From contig NC_010296.1 of the NCBI RefSeq assembly GCF_000010625.1, positions 2,550,001 to 2,582,000 of the forward strand: DNA of 32,000 bases, given 5' to 3'. Source of the DNA: Microcystis aeruginosa NIES-843 (GTDB lineage Bacteria > Cyanobacteriota > Cyanobacteriia > Cyanobacteriales > Microcystaceae). This document shows, one piece after another, positions 8,876 through 17,828 of the stretch (positions within the stretch are counted from its first letter, which is position 1; the number at the start of each line of letters is the position of its first letter). Position numbers and translations under genes: made by a program. The notes under the pieces were generated by a model. It was not told the origin of the DNA, ran no database searches, and was given only the letters and a program-made list of their open reading frames with translations.

Positions 8876-8952
8876 GTCGTGAAGTTAAGTCCAAAAGATC
8901 AACAGGCTCTAAAATGATAACAAGTGAGACCTCTAGGGAAAGGAAAATAATC

Positions 8953-9369
8953 ATGAAGCCGAGAGAGACAATTAAAGTCTTAATTGCCGAAGATCACGAG
9001 CTAACTTGTTTAGTACTCAAGACTTTAATTTCCCAGCAGCCGCATTGTCAGGTGGTGGGAATTGCTGTTAATGGTCAACAGGCTATCGCATTGGCGAAAA
9101 TTTATCAACCAGATGTAATTATTTTAGATGTACGGATGCCTGTCTTAAATGGACAGAGCGCCGCTATTCAGATCAAACAATTCGACCCTTATGTCCGCAT
9201 TATCGCCTATAGTTCCTTGGCAAATCTTCCAATGGAAAAAAATAATCAAACTACAGCCTTTGATCTATACTGCCCTAAAGATATATCTTCCCAAGATCTG
9301 ATCAAAGCGATCGATGACTTGGGAAAATTAGCACAATCGGACAAATCTCAATTCCGTCGGGTCGGATAG
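8953..9369 (+). CDS. Single-domain response regulator (receiver only, NarL-like receiver without an HTH)
   Basis: Start moved to ATG 8953 (MKPRETIKVLIAEDHE). Acidic pair ED, phospho-acceptor in IILDVRMP, and conserved Ser (AYSS) and Lys (CPKD). The ORF-track N-terminus is translated repeat sequence. Confidence 0.85.
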   Translation: MKPRETIKVLIAEDHELTCLVLKTLISQQPHCQVVGIAVNGQQAIALAKIYQPDVIILDVRMPVLNGQSAAIQIKQFDPYVRIIAYSSLANLPMEKNNQTTAFDLYCPKDISSQDLIKAIDDLGKLAQSDKSQFRRVG

Positions 9370-9552
9370 TTAACTAAGTTTTTCTTCAGGAAAAGTTGCT
9401 TGAAACTCATCGAGTAATTCATCCAACTCCTCAAGAGCTTGATTAACATCTAATCTCAGACCCCCAATGTCGGGTTTATCGCGCAATTGCAGTAAATAAT
9501 CCCGTTTATTGGCCATTTGTTGCACTTTATCGATCAAGCTGGTTTTATCCAT
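9370..9552 (-). CDS. Hypothetical small acidic helical protein (60 aa)
   Basis: ORF without repeat content, convergent with and abutting the response-regulator stop. No family recognised. Confidence 0.35.
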   Translation of the reverse strand: MDKTSLIDKVQQMANKRDYLLQLRDKPDIGGLRLDVNQALEELDELLDEFQATFPEEKLS

Positions 9553-9600
9553 AATTCACCCTCTGGTACTGACTGCGATTATATATCAGTCAGCCCATAT

Positions 9601-9640
9601 CAGTGAACAGTGATCGGTGAACAGTGAACAGCCAGTGATC
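9601..9640. repeat. Heptamer array CAGTGAA-type (about 5 units)
   Basis: CAGTGAA CAGTGAT CGGTGAA CAGTGAA CAGCCAG. A related array lies at 19649-19684. Confidence 0.85.
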
Positions 9641-9735
9641 ACTGGTAACTAGATCTCCCGCAAAAATCAAAAATCTTCTCTTGGGTGAGCAGACAGTAAA
9701 CTCCGAGACAGGAGGAGAAAAAAGACAATAGACAG

Positions 9736-9772
9736 CTAACTGATAACTGATAACTGATAACTGATAACTGAC
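9736..9772. repeat. Heptamer array (CTGATAA)x4 plus partial units
   Basis: Read directly. It ends 6 nt before the hyuB-like ATG at 9779. Confidence 0.9.
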
Positions 9773-9778
9773 TTTCCT

Positions 9779-11350
9779 ATGTCCCCTCTCAATTCTCACC
9801 GCACAGAAATAACTACCGTTGCCGATCCTATTTATCTAGAAATCTTTAAAAATCTCTATCAATTTATTGCCGAAGAAATGGGGATTACTCTCCAAAATAC
9901 GGCAGCAAGTGTCAATATTAAAGAGCGCCTAGACTTCTCCTGTGCTATCTTTGATGAGGTAGGAAATTTAATCGCAAATGCTCCTCATATTCCCGTCCAT
10001 TTAGGTTCTATGGCCGATAGTGTCAAAAGCTTAATTCAGGATAAAGGTGAGACGATTCGTCCAGGGAATGTTTATCTGGCTAATAATCCTTATAATGGCG
10101 GTACTCACCTGCCGGATGTCACAGTAATTAGTCCTATTTTTGACCGCCAAAATCAGGAAATATTATTTTATCTTGCCTCCCGGGGACATCAAGCTGATAT
10201 CGGTGGAATTACCCCCGGTTCTATGCCTCCCCATTCTGTCCATATTAGCGAAGAAGGAATTTTATTCGATAATTTTTTGCTGGTAGCAGCGGGACAGTTT
10301 CGGGAACAAGAATTAATTAATCACTTAACTAATAGTCCTTTTCCTGCACGCAATATCGCCCAAAATATTGCCGATTTTCAGGCACAAATAGCCGCTAATG
10401 CCAAGGGGGAAAGAGAATTACATAATATGGTTGAGCGCTACGGATTAGCTATGGTTAAAGCCTATCAACAGTTCGTTCAAGATAATGCGGAATTAGCGGT
10501 TAGAAAAGCTATATCTGTCCTGAAAGATGGTGAATTTACTTATTATCTGGATAACGGTGCTGTCATCAAGGTCAGAATTAGCATAGATATTGATAATTGT
10601 CAAGCAACCATTGATTTTACTGGCACATCTGACCAGTTAAATAATAATTTTAATGCACCCCTAGCAGTGACAAGAGCGGCAGTTTTATACGTTTTTCGTA
10701 CCCTTGTGGAGGAGGCAATCCCTTTAAATGCTGGCTGTTTCAAACCCCTCCATTTAATTATCCCGTCTGGCTGTTTTCTTAATCCCGTTTATCCAGCGGC
10801 CGTAGTAGCGGGAAATGTAGAAACTTCCCAGGCAATAGTTAATGCTTTATACGGTGCTTTAGGCATTCAAGCAGCCAGCCAAGGGACGATGAATAATTTC
10901 ACTTTTGGCAATCAAGAATATCAATATTATGAGACTATTTGTGGCGGTTCTGGTGCGGGGGCAAATTTTGCGGGAACCGCTGCCGTGCAAACCCAGATGA
11001 CTAATTCCCGTCTCACCGATCCGGAAGTATTAGAAATGCGCTATCCTGTGTTAGTAGAAAGTTTTAGCATTCGCCCCGATAGTGGCGGCAAGGGACAATA
11101 TTCTGGAGGTGATGGTGTGATTAGAAGAATTAAATTTCAAGAGTCCATGACTGCTAATATTTTATCGGGTAATCGCCAGATTCCCCCCTTTGGACTAGCG
11201 GGAGGAAAAGCCGGTAAAATAGGACGTAATGCCGTGGAAAGAAACGATGGAACTATCGAAGAATTGCCCGGTACTGCGACTGTAGAAATGAACCTTGGTG
11301 ATATTTTTATTATTGAAACCCCCGGCGGTGGTGGCTATGGAAATTGCTGA
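9779..11350 (+). CDS. Hydantoinase B / oxoprolinase family protein (HyuB-type subunit)
   Basis: 523 aa. The N-terminal DPIYLEIFKNLYQFIAEEMG...NIKERLDFSCAIFD pattern and the C-terminal GGGGYG are typical of HyuB/OplaH C-terminal halves. Confidence 0.88.
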   Translation: MSPLNSHRTEITTVADPIYLEIFKNLYQFIAEEMGITLQNTAASVNIKERLDFSCAIFDEVGNLIANAPHIPVHLGSMADSVKSLIQDKGETIRPGNVYLANNPYNGGTHLPDVTVISPIFDRQNQEILFYLASRGHQADIGGITPGSMPPHSVHISEEGILFDNFLLVAAGQFREQELINHLTNSPFPARNIAQNIADFQAQIAANAKGERELHNMVERYGLAMVKAYQQFVQDNAELAVRKAISVLKDGEFTYYLDNGAVIKVRISIDIDNCQATIDFTGTSDQLNNNFNAPLAVTRAAVLYVFRTLVEEAIPLNAGCFKPLHLIIPSGCFLNPVYPAAVVAGNVETSQAIVNALYGALGIQAASQGTMNNFTFGNQEYQYYETICGGSGAGANFAGTAAVQTQMTNSRLTDPEVLEMRYPVLVESFSIRPDSGGKGQYSGGDGVIRRIKFQESMTANILSGNRQIPPFGLAGGKAGKIGRNAVERNDGTIEELPGTATVEMNLGDIFIIETPGGGGYGNC

Positions 11351-11382
11351 ACGATAACTTTAATTAAGTACCTAAGCAAAAT

Positions 11383-11455
11383 TAAGTAAGTGGTTATAAT
11401 TAAATTAAAGATGGCTCCCCCCTTAATCCCCCCTTAATAAGGGGGGTGTCTGACG
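11383..11455 (+). mobile_element. MITE family C, 3'-truncated copy
   Basis: TAAGTAAGTGGTTATAATTAAATTAAAGATGG...CCCCCCTTAATAAGGGGGGTGTCTGA. It lacks the TTTTTAACGCCTACCTACTTA end. Confidence 0.6.
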
Positions 11456-11471
11456 ATTTACTGATTAATTT

Positions 11472-12506
11472 ATGACAATTATCTTAGCGATCGAAACCAG
11501 TTGTGATGAAACGGCTGTGGCTATTGTTAACAATAACCTGGTGTTGAGTAGTGTGGTTTCTTCTCAAATTGATCTCCATCGTCTCTATGGCGGTGTTGTG
11601 CCGGAAATGGCCTCCCGACAACACCTAGAAACCATTAATTTTTGTCTAGAAAAAGCTTGGCAAGAAACGGGGTTAAATTGGTCAGAAATTGATGGAATAG
11701 CCGCCACAGTTGCCCCCGGTTTAGTAGGTGCTTTAATGGTGGGAATGACGGCGGCTAAAACCCTGGCTATTGTTCACGATAAACCCTTTATCGGCATTCA
11801 TCATCTCGAAGGTCATATCTATGCTTCCTATCTCGCTGAATCTGATCTTAAACCTCCTTTTTTATCTCTTTTAGTCTCTGGGGGTCATACCAGTTTAATC
11901 CATGTGCAGGCCTGCGGCAAATATCAACAATTAGGAACCACTAGAGATGATGCAGCCGGAGAAGCTTTTGATAAAGTGGCACGATTATTAAACTTGAGTT
12001 ATCCGGGTGGTCCGATAATCGATCGCATGGCTAAAGATGGTAATCCGCAAGCTTTTCCCTTACCTGAGGGTAAAATATCTTTACCAACCGGCGGTTTTCA
12101 TGCCTACGATTCCAGTTTTAGTGGTTTAAAAACTGCTGTTTTGCGCTTAGTAGAGAAATTCGAGCCAGATAATTTACCTGTAGCTGACATAGCCGCTAGT
12201 TTTCAAGATACGGTAGCCAGAAGTTTAACCCGTCGGACAATCAATTGTGCCTTAGATTATGGCTTAAAAACTATCGCAATCGGGGGAGGAGTGGCGGCCA
12301 ATAGTGCCTTAAGAAATCATCTGGAAACTGCCGCCAAAAATCATCATTTAACCGTCTATTTTCCGCCGCTTAAACTCTGTACCGATAACGCCGCTATGAT
12401 TGCTCGTGCTGCCGTTGATCATTATGATCTTGGTCATTTTTCTGACCTTTCTATCGGTGTTCGTTCCCGTTTACCTTTAAGCGAAGTTATGCAATTATAT
12501 AAGTAG
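11472..12506 (+). CDS. tsaD: tRNA N6-adenosine threonylcarbamoyltransferase
   Basis: [17 protein letters not shown]-terminus, metal-binding GIHHLEGH motif and the Kae1/Gcp ASKHA fold pattern. 344 aa. Confidence 0.93.
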   Translation: MTIILAIETSCDETAVAIVNNNLVLSSVVSSQIDLHRLYGGVVPEMASRQHLETINFCLEKAWQETGLNWSEIDGIAATVAPGLVGALMVGMTAAKTLAIVHDKPFIGIHHLEGHIYASYLAESDLKPPFLSLLVSGGHTSLIHVQACGKYQQLGTTRDDAAGEAFDKVARLLNLSYPGGPIIDRMAKDGNPQAFPLPEGKISLPTGGFHAYDSSFSGLKTAVLRLVEKFEPDNLPVADIAASFQDTVARSLTRRTINCALDYGLKTIAIGGGVAANSALRNHLETAAKNHHLTVYFPPLKLCTDNAAMIARAAVDHYDLGHFSDLSIGVRSRLPLSEVMQLYK

Positions 12507-12568
12507 GGTTTGCGGCAAAAGGTTTTCGGTGGGGGCAGGGTGTGGGGTGTAGGGTGTAGGGTGTAGGG
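12504..12568 (+). repeat. TAGGGTTTGCGGCAAAAGG terminus variant plus a (GGGTGTR) heptamer array
   Basis: The terminus starts exactly at the tsaD stop codon TAG (12504-12506). Heptamers run 12538-12568. Confidence 0.75.
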
Positions 12569-12582
12569 TTTTAACTATTTTC

Positions 12583-12656
12583 AGCATGAAGCCCAACGCC
12601 CGATCATGTTACGCTACCGCTAACCCATCCTATAAATAATTGCGCCTCCCTACTTA
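12583..12656 (-). mobile_element. MITE family E, truncated copy
   Basis: The reverse complement aligns with 1399-1480 (AAGTAGGGAGGCRCAATTATTTRTAGGATGGGTTAGCGGTAGCGTAA...). The second terminus is absent. Confidence 0.55.
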
Positions 12657-12721
12657 ATACGTCAGATTTTTAGATATCAGCCGTCAGTATTCAGAATTGA
12701 GGAGATTGCTTTTATCTATTC

Positions 12722-12787
12722 TCCCCATCACCCCATCACCCCACCACCCCACTTCATAATTCATAATTCATAATTGATAATTCATAA
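12722..12787. repeat. Heptamer arrays: CCCCATC/ACCCCAC type (12722-12751), then (TTCATAA)x5 (12753-12787)
   Basis: Read directly. The final A of the last TTCATAA unit is the A of the truB ATG (12787). Confidence 0.88.
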
Positions 12788-13668
12788 TGTTTGGCTTTTT
12801 AAATCTCAATAAACCCCCCGATTGGACTTCTCACGATTGCGTGGCCAAAGTCCGAAAAATTCTTAAGACAAAACGAGTCGGCCATGGCGGAACTTTAGAT
12901 CCTATGGCTACGGGAGTTTTACCGATCGCCGTCGGGGCTGCCACCCGATTACTGGCCTATTTACCCGAAAATAAGGCTTATCGGGCAAAAATCCAGTTAG
13001 GACTCAGCACCGATACCGATGATATTACGGGAAAAGCGATCGCTACTTGTCCCTGGCCCGATTTAACTTTAGAGGCAGTTAAGCCCCATTTAGCGGAATT
13101 TATTGGCAATATTGCCCAGATTCCGCCGATGTATAGTGCTATTCACAAGGATGGTCGCCGTCTCTACGAATTGGCGCGCAAAGGGGAAATAATCGCAGTG
13201 GAGCCTCGTCAGGTCAAAATTGACCAAATTACGGTTTTAGACTGGTTAGAGGGCGAATTTCCACAAATAGAGCTAGATATTCACTGTGGATCGGGGACTT
13301 ATATCCGTTCCCTGGCCAGAGATTTGGGCAAGGTGTTAGCTGTGGGTGGCACTTTAGCCAGTTTAACTCGCACGGAAAGCTGTGGTTTTCAATTAGCTGA
13401 TAGTATTAATCTCGAAGCTTTAATGGTTAATTCCGAGGGTTTAATTTCGCCTCGCATTGCCTTGGCACATCTAGACTGGATTTCTTTCACACCAGAGAGA
13501 GTTATCGATTGGTTTCACGGCAGAAAAATTAATCTCACCGATACAAATGTTATAATCGGTTCTCTGGTTGCTGTGGAGTCTTTAGAGGCTCAATTTCTCG
13601 GCATTGGTGAGATAGTTGTCGCAGAAGATGAATACTATCTACAGCCTAAAATAGTTATTCAGCAATAG
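12787..13668 (+). CDS. truB: tRNA pseudouridine(55) synthase
   Basis: KPPDWTSHD...GHGGTLDPMATGVLPI catalytic-Asp motif. 293 aa. Confidence 0.93.
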   Translation: MFGFLNLNKPPDWTSHDCVAKVRKILKTKRVGHGGTLDPMATGVLPIAVGAATRLLAYLPENKAYRAKIQLGLSTDTDDITGKAIATCPWPDLTLEAVKPHLAEFIGNIAQIPPMYSAIHKDGRRLYELARKGEIIAVEPRQVKIDQITVLDWLEGEFPQIELDIHCGSGTYIRSLARDLGKVLAVGGTLASLTRTESCGFQLADSINLEALMVNSEGLISPRIALAHLDWISFTPERVIDWFHGRKINLTDTNVIIGSLVAVESLEAQFLGIGEIVVAEDEYYLQPKIVIQQ

Positions 13669-13676
13669 GGGTAATA

Positions 13677-13803
13677 ATTAGGGTCTGCTGAAAAAGTTTT
13701 TCGTGGGGACAGGGTGTGAGGTGTGGGGTGTGGGGTGTGGGGAGAATAAATAAAATAATCTCCTATCTCCTGACTCCTGACGACCGACTCCTAACCCTAA
13801 CAA
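13677..13803 (+). mobile_element. Short mosaic MITE-like element (TTAGGGTCTGCTGAAAAAG ... CTCCTAACCCTAAC)
   Basis: A family A left terminus, a GGGTGTG heptamer array (13712-13743) and the GACGACCGACTCCTAACCC module. Both ends are TTAGGG/CCCTAA. Confidence 0.6.
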
Positions 13804-14069
13804 CAGTTTTTGATTTTTACAATAGGTCTAGTATAGACCCACTGATTATGATTTTTTTTGGCCACGATTTTTTTAGAAGCAACCAAAGATTTTAGACAAA
13901 GATTGAGCATAGAAACGGGACGATTTAAGCGTTGGCTCAATTCTTGAACTGTGATTCCTTGGGGATAAAATTGCATAAGTTCAAAAATTTGTGCGCTAGT
14001 ATTTAATCCTTTTGTCGGACTAATAATCTTGATAGCCAAGGCTAGTAATCGGGAGAAACGACAGGCCAT
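13797..14069 (-). CDS. Hypothetical protein, possible winged-helix DNA-binding domain
   Basis: 90-aa ORF. GITVQELSQRLNRPVSMLNLCLKSLVASKKIV looks HTH-like. The last 7 codons (VKIKNCC) and the stop lie in a repeat terminus that also occurs non-coding at 83-106, so the 3' end is suspect. Confidence 0.35.
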   Translation of the reverse strand: MACRFSRLLALAIKIISPTKGLNTSAQIFELMQFYPQGITVQELSQRLNRPVSMLNLCLKSLVASKKIVAKKNHNQWVYTRPIVKIKNCC

Positions 14070-14171
14070 TAGACCCTTGTTTGTCGCTGCTTTGTTCCGA
14101 TCGATCTAGCCTTTTTTTTCAAGAAGTTATCAGGGTTTAAAGTGTTAATAAAACCTTGACGGAAATAGAGA

Positions 14172-15218
14172 TTAATTTGTTCCCATAATCTCTTGAATAG
14201 CAGATAAAAGGCGATCAATCTCCCCATCGGTCCCGATAGAAATCCGCACATAATTCTGAATGCGAGGATGTTTAAAGTATCGCACTAATATCTGACGCTC
14301 TTTGAGTTGATTATATAACTCACTGGCACTAATCTGGGGGGGAGAAGCGAGGATAAAATTAGCTTCCGAGTCAAAAACAATAAATCCCAACTCGCGCAGA
14401 GAAGTAATTAAACGGCCGCGGGTTTGACGGACTTTTTGCCAAACTTGCTCAAAATAATTATGGTGTTTTAAAGCTGCTGTGGCTAAAGTTTGAGCGATGC
14501 GATCTAAATTATAGGAATCACGCACCTTATCCATCTGTTCGATAATGGCCCTGGAAGCAAACCCGAAACCGACTCTTAACCCCGCTAAACTATAACTTTT
14601 CGACATAGTGCGACTAATGATGACATTATCGTAACGGGAGAGAAAATCGAGATGATTGTCATCACTAAAATCCACATAAGCTTCATCAATTAATACCAAT
14701 CCCGACGCATTAGCACAGGTTGCTTCTAAATAGTCGCGATCAAGATGTTTACCGAGGGGAGGATTAGGGGAAGCCAGAAAAATTAATTTAGCTTCCGGAC
14801 AAATAATCGGTCCTTCCAATGCAAATTTATCATTAGTGGGAAATTCGATAATATTTGCCCCGTGTACCCGGGCAATTGTCTCGTAAAGGGAATAGGTTAA
14901 ATCTAAAAAAGCGACGCTTTCGCAAGGGTTAACAAAAGTTCGCAGGGCGATATTGAGGATATCATCGGAGCCATTACCCGCGATTATCTGATCGGCTGCT
15001 ATGCCGTATAATTCCGCCGCCGTTTGCCGTAACTCTTTGGAGATAGGATCGGGATAGAGTCGGACTTTCTCTAATTGCTCTTGCAAGTGGGCAAAAATTT
15101 CCGCCGGTGGGGGATAGGGATTCTCATTGGTGTTAAGTTTGGTAAATCCCGCGGTTTGGGGCTGTTCTCCCGGAGTGTAGGCGGGGGTTTGACGAACACA
15201 ATCGCGTGTGGGTAGCAT
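14172..15218 (-). CDS. hisC: Histidinol-phosphate aminotransferase
   Basis: Class II aminotransferase with the PLP-lysine motif RTMSKSYSLAGLRVG. Start placed at ATG 15218 (MLPTRDCVRQTPAYTPGE), giving 348 aa. The ORF-track start at 15290 adds 24 residues. Confidence 0.9.
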   Translation of the reverse strand: MLPTRDCVRQTPAYTPGEQPQTAGFTKLNTNENPYPPPAEIFAHLQEQLEKVRLYPDPISKELRQTAAELYGIAADQIIAGNGSDDILNIALRTFVNPCESVAFLDLTYSLYETIARVHGANIIEFPTNDKFALEGPIICPEAKLIFLASPNPPLGKHLDRDYLEATCANASGLVLIDEAYVDFSDDNHLDFLSRYDNVIISRTMSKSYSLAGLRVGFGFASRAIIEQMDKVRDSYNLDRIAQTLATAALKHHNYFEQVWQKVRQTRGRLITSLRELGFIVFDSEANFILASPPQISASELYNQLKERQILVRYFKHPRIQNYVRISIGTDGEIDRLLSAIQEIMGTN

Positions 15219-15309
15219 GAACTCTCTGGGGCGGCAATTTCTAGCAAGCTTTTTATTATAGCTGATTATCAGGGGTTGAATAGATGTCAACCCCTACCGG
15301 TAAAACTAA

Positions 15310-15527
15310 TTAAGGTTGGCTGAATAAATCTAAAAACCTTGTTGGATAATATCTTTAGGCTTTTTTGAAATCAAAAAGTGCCAGCGATTGGAGTGATTGG
15401 GGGGAAAATTCAGGGACTTTTTCCCTAAAAATTAGGTAATTGACTCCCTGAAAATGGGTAAAACCCCACACCCCACACCCCACACCCCACACCCTGCCAC
15501 CAGGAAAAACTTTTCAGCAAACCCTAA
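15310..15527 (-). mobile_element. MITE family A, complete copy (about 218 bp)
   Basis: Termini TTAAGGTTGGCTGAA (15310-15324) and TTCAGCAAACCCTAA (15513-15527) are inverted repeats. It has an internal (CCCCACA)x4 array at 15464-15495. It is colinear with 18783-18984 and, inverted, with 31828-32000. It abuts the ispG stop codon. Confidence 0.75.
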
Positions 15528-16748
15528 TTAAGGTTCTACCCAACGGCCATCGGCTTTAATTAAATTAATCAACTCGCTTACACCTTCACTTTCGGGGACG
15601 CGTTTAATTTCCTCGCGACCGCGATAAAGGGAGATATAACCGGCCTGTTTCCCTACATAACCATAGTCTGCGTCGGCCATTTCTCCCGGTCCGTTGACAA
15701 TACAACCCATAACGGCGATATCGAGTCCGGTGAGGTGTTGAGTCGCTGCGCGCACTTGCTGCAGGACATCTTCTAAATTAAAAAGAGTGCGACCACAGGA
15801 AGGACAGGCAACGTATTCGACCATGGTTTTCCGCAGTCCCAGGGCCTGGAGGATACTGTAACAGACGGGAATTTCCTTTTCGGGAGCTTCCGTCAGAGAA
15901 ACGCGAATCGTATCACCGATACCGTCCGCTAAGAGAGTGGCAATCCCGGCAGTGGATTTAATTCGTCCGTATTCCCCATCTCCTGCTTCAGTAACACCCA
16001 AATGCAGGGGATAATCCATACCCAACTCGTCCATGCGCTTAACCATGAGACGATAGGCGGCTACCATAACTGGCACCCGGGAAGCTTTCAGGGAAACGAC
16101 CAGATTGCGAAAATCGAGGGATTCGCAGATGCGGATAAATTCTAAAGCCGACTGTACCATTCCTTCGGGGGTGTCACCGTAGGTAAAGAGCATTCTTTCG
16201 GCCAGAGAACCGTGGTTAACGCCGATTCGCATCGCTTTATCTTGATCTCGCAGGGAAACTACTAAAGGTTTCAGAGTTTCGGCTATTTTTTCGCCAATTT
16301 CATCAAATTCTGCTTGACTATACTCGCTGCGGTCGGCTTTCGGTTTCTCGAAAACGTACAAACCGGGGTTAATCCGCACTTTATCGACGTGCTTGGCCAC
16401 TTCTAGGGCGATTTTCATGCCGTTGTGATGTACATCGGCTACTAACGGCACAGGTTGATAGGTGGCGAGCAGTTTTTCCCTAATTTTAGCTAAAGCGGTG
16501 GCGTGAACCAGGCTCGGCACGGTGACGCGGACAATTTCACAGCCGATTTCATGGAGGCGACGGATACCTGCCACGGAACCATCTATATCAAGGGTATCCT
16601 CGTTAATCATCGACTGCACGACCACGGGATGACCACCACCGATGGTAACGCTACCTACCTGGACGGGACGGGTTTTGCGCCGGTGAATCGTGGTGTCGAA
16701 TTCGGAGGCAGTTGCGGGAGGGTTGAGCGTCGATTCCAAGGTTTGCAT
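15528..16748 (-). CDS. ispG: 4-hydroxy-3-methylbut-2-en-1-yl diphosphate synthase (ferredoxin)
   Basis: GcpE signatures VACPSCGRT and [11 protein letters not shown]. Start placed at ATG 16748 ([11 protein letters not shown]), giving 406 aa. The ORF-track start at 16796 would overlap the upstream gene. Confidence 0.93.
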   Translation of the reverse strand: MQTLESTLNPPATASEFDTTIHRRKTRPVQVGSVTIGGGHPVVVQSMINEDTLDIDGSVAGIRRLHEIGCEIVRVTVPSLVHATALAKIREKLLATYQPVPLVADVHHNGMKIALEVAKHVDKVRINPGLYVFEKPKADRSEYSQAEFDEIGEKIAETLKPLVVSLRDQDKAMRIGVNHGSLAERMLFTYGDTPEGMVQSALEFIRICESLDFRNLVVSLKASRVPVMVAAYRLMVKRMDELGMDYPLHLGVTEAGDGEYGRIKSTAGIATLLADGIGDTIRVSLTEAPEKEIPVCYSILQALGLRKTMVEYVACPSCGRTLFNLEDVLQQVRAATQHLTGLDIAVMGCIVNGPGEMADADYGYVGKQAGYISLYRGREEIKRVPESEGVSELINLIKADGRWVEP

Positions 16749-16782
16749 AGGACTATCACCAACAATCACTCTCCCTATTCTC

Positions 16783-17697
16783 TCAAAGAACAGCAACAGA
16801 TTCTAGCCACTCTAATAAAATTGGGTTAAAACGGTCAGGACATTCATCCTGTAAACAATGACCAGCCCGGTCAAATTCTACATATTTAATCCTAGGATTA
16901 AGGGAGACAAAACCCTGGGCTAACTGGACGGGAACCATGCGATCTTGCTTGCCCCAACACAATAAAATCGGGATTTCTAAACGTGGTAAAATTAACTTTG
17001 CCGGTGGACAATATTCGGGATGATTGACAGCTTGCGCTAGGGAAATAAACGCCTCGGCTGCCCCCTCATCTAGGGTTGGGGCGGCGATAATTTGTACTAA
17101 TTCGTCGCTGACTGCTTTCTTGTCTTCGTAGGCGATTCCTGTCCATTTTTTCAAGACTTGCGGACGACGCAGATAGTAAAAAATCGGTTTTAATAGCCAA
17201 GGAGAAGTGAAAAAGTTTTCGATGGGAGTGACGATATTTAATAACCAATCGGCGATCATTTCCCGCCGACGGCTGACATCGGGTAAACTGAGCATAACTA
17301 ATCCGGCTACCATTTCTGGGTATTTACCCGCTAGGGCCATACTAACTAAAGAACCGATCGAATTTCCCACTAATACCACCGGTCTATTCATAAAAGTTTG
17401 CCAGAAATCGTGTATTTGTTCCACCCAGAGATTAACGCTATAGGGAACCTGTACTTTGCGCGAACCACCAAAACCTAATAAATCTACTGCGTAAACTCGA
17501 TGATTTTGGCTGAGGATAGGAATATTATGGCGCCAATGTTCGATCGCCGCTCCAAATCCATGCAGTAAAATTAAAGGGGGTTTATCGGCATCTTGGGGGT
17601 TTTTTGCCGGCATAAAACTATAACGAATCTGCCAACCGCGCCACACCCAATCCCGTTGATAACCGATGCGTTCTGTCCAAGCTGGTGAAGTTGTCAC
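16783..17697 (-). CDS. Alpha/beta-fold hydrolase
   Basis: HGFGA oxyanion motif, GNSIG nucleophile elbow and a C-terminal His in GHCLQDE. 304 aa. It ends 34 nt upstream of ispG on the same strand. Confidence 0.85.
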   Translation of the reverse strand: MTTSPAWTERIGYQRDWVWRGWQIRYSFMPAKNPQDADKPPLILLHGFGAAIEHWRHNIPILSQNHRVYAVDLLGFGGSRKVQVPYSVNLWVEQIHDFWQTFMNRPVVLVGNSIGSLVSMALAGKYPEMVAGLVMLSLPDVSRRREMIADWLLNIVTPIENFFTSPWLLKPIFYYLRRPQVLKKWTGIAYEDKKAVSDELVQIIAAPTLDEGAAEAFISLAQAVNHPEYCPPAKLILPRLEIPILLCWGKQDRMVPVQLAQGFVSLNPRIKYVEFDRAGHCLQDECPDRFNPILLEWLESVAVL

Positions 17698-17828
17698 TTA
17701 AGTCAAACAATTAAGAGGTTTTCAGGAAATATTATTCTAGTTTGATTATACTGGTTTCCCCGTCCCTAACCGGCAGCCGAATAACATTTTTGTACTACTT
17801 TTCCCAAATATATTTAGGGTTTGCTGAA

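Noticed and set aside
8720-8917. 65-aa ORF and the 5' extension of ORF 8851
   Set aside because: The translation runs through GAATTAT and GGGAGGT heptamer arrays (…GIMNYELGRWGGGEVG…). The receiver domain starts cleanly at ATG 8953.
9590-9799. 69-aa minus-strand ORF
   Set aside because: It is composed of translated CTGATAA/CAGTGAA heptamer arrays (SYQLSVISYQL) and overlaps the hyuB-like start.
14069-14251. 60-aa minus-strand ORF
   Set aside because: It overlaps the 3' end of hisC in another frame and has no recognisable features.
16503-16829. 108-aa plus-strand ORF
   Set aside because: It lies entirely antisense to ispG. The same reasoning applies to the antisense ORFs at 768-965, 2077-2298, 2632-2940, 3631-3840 (alternate frame), 6129-6401, 17066-17248, 17207-17443, 18074-18265, 18129-18326, 20876-21100, 22979-23182, 23375-23599 and 28137-28367.
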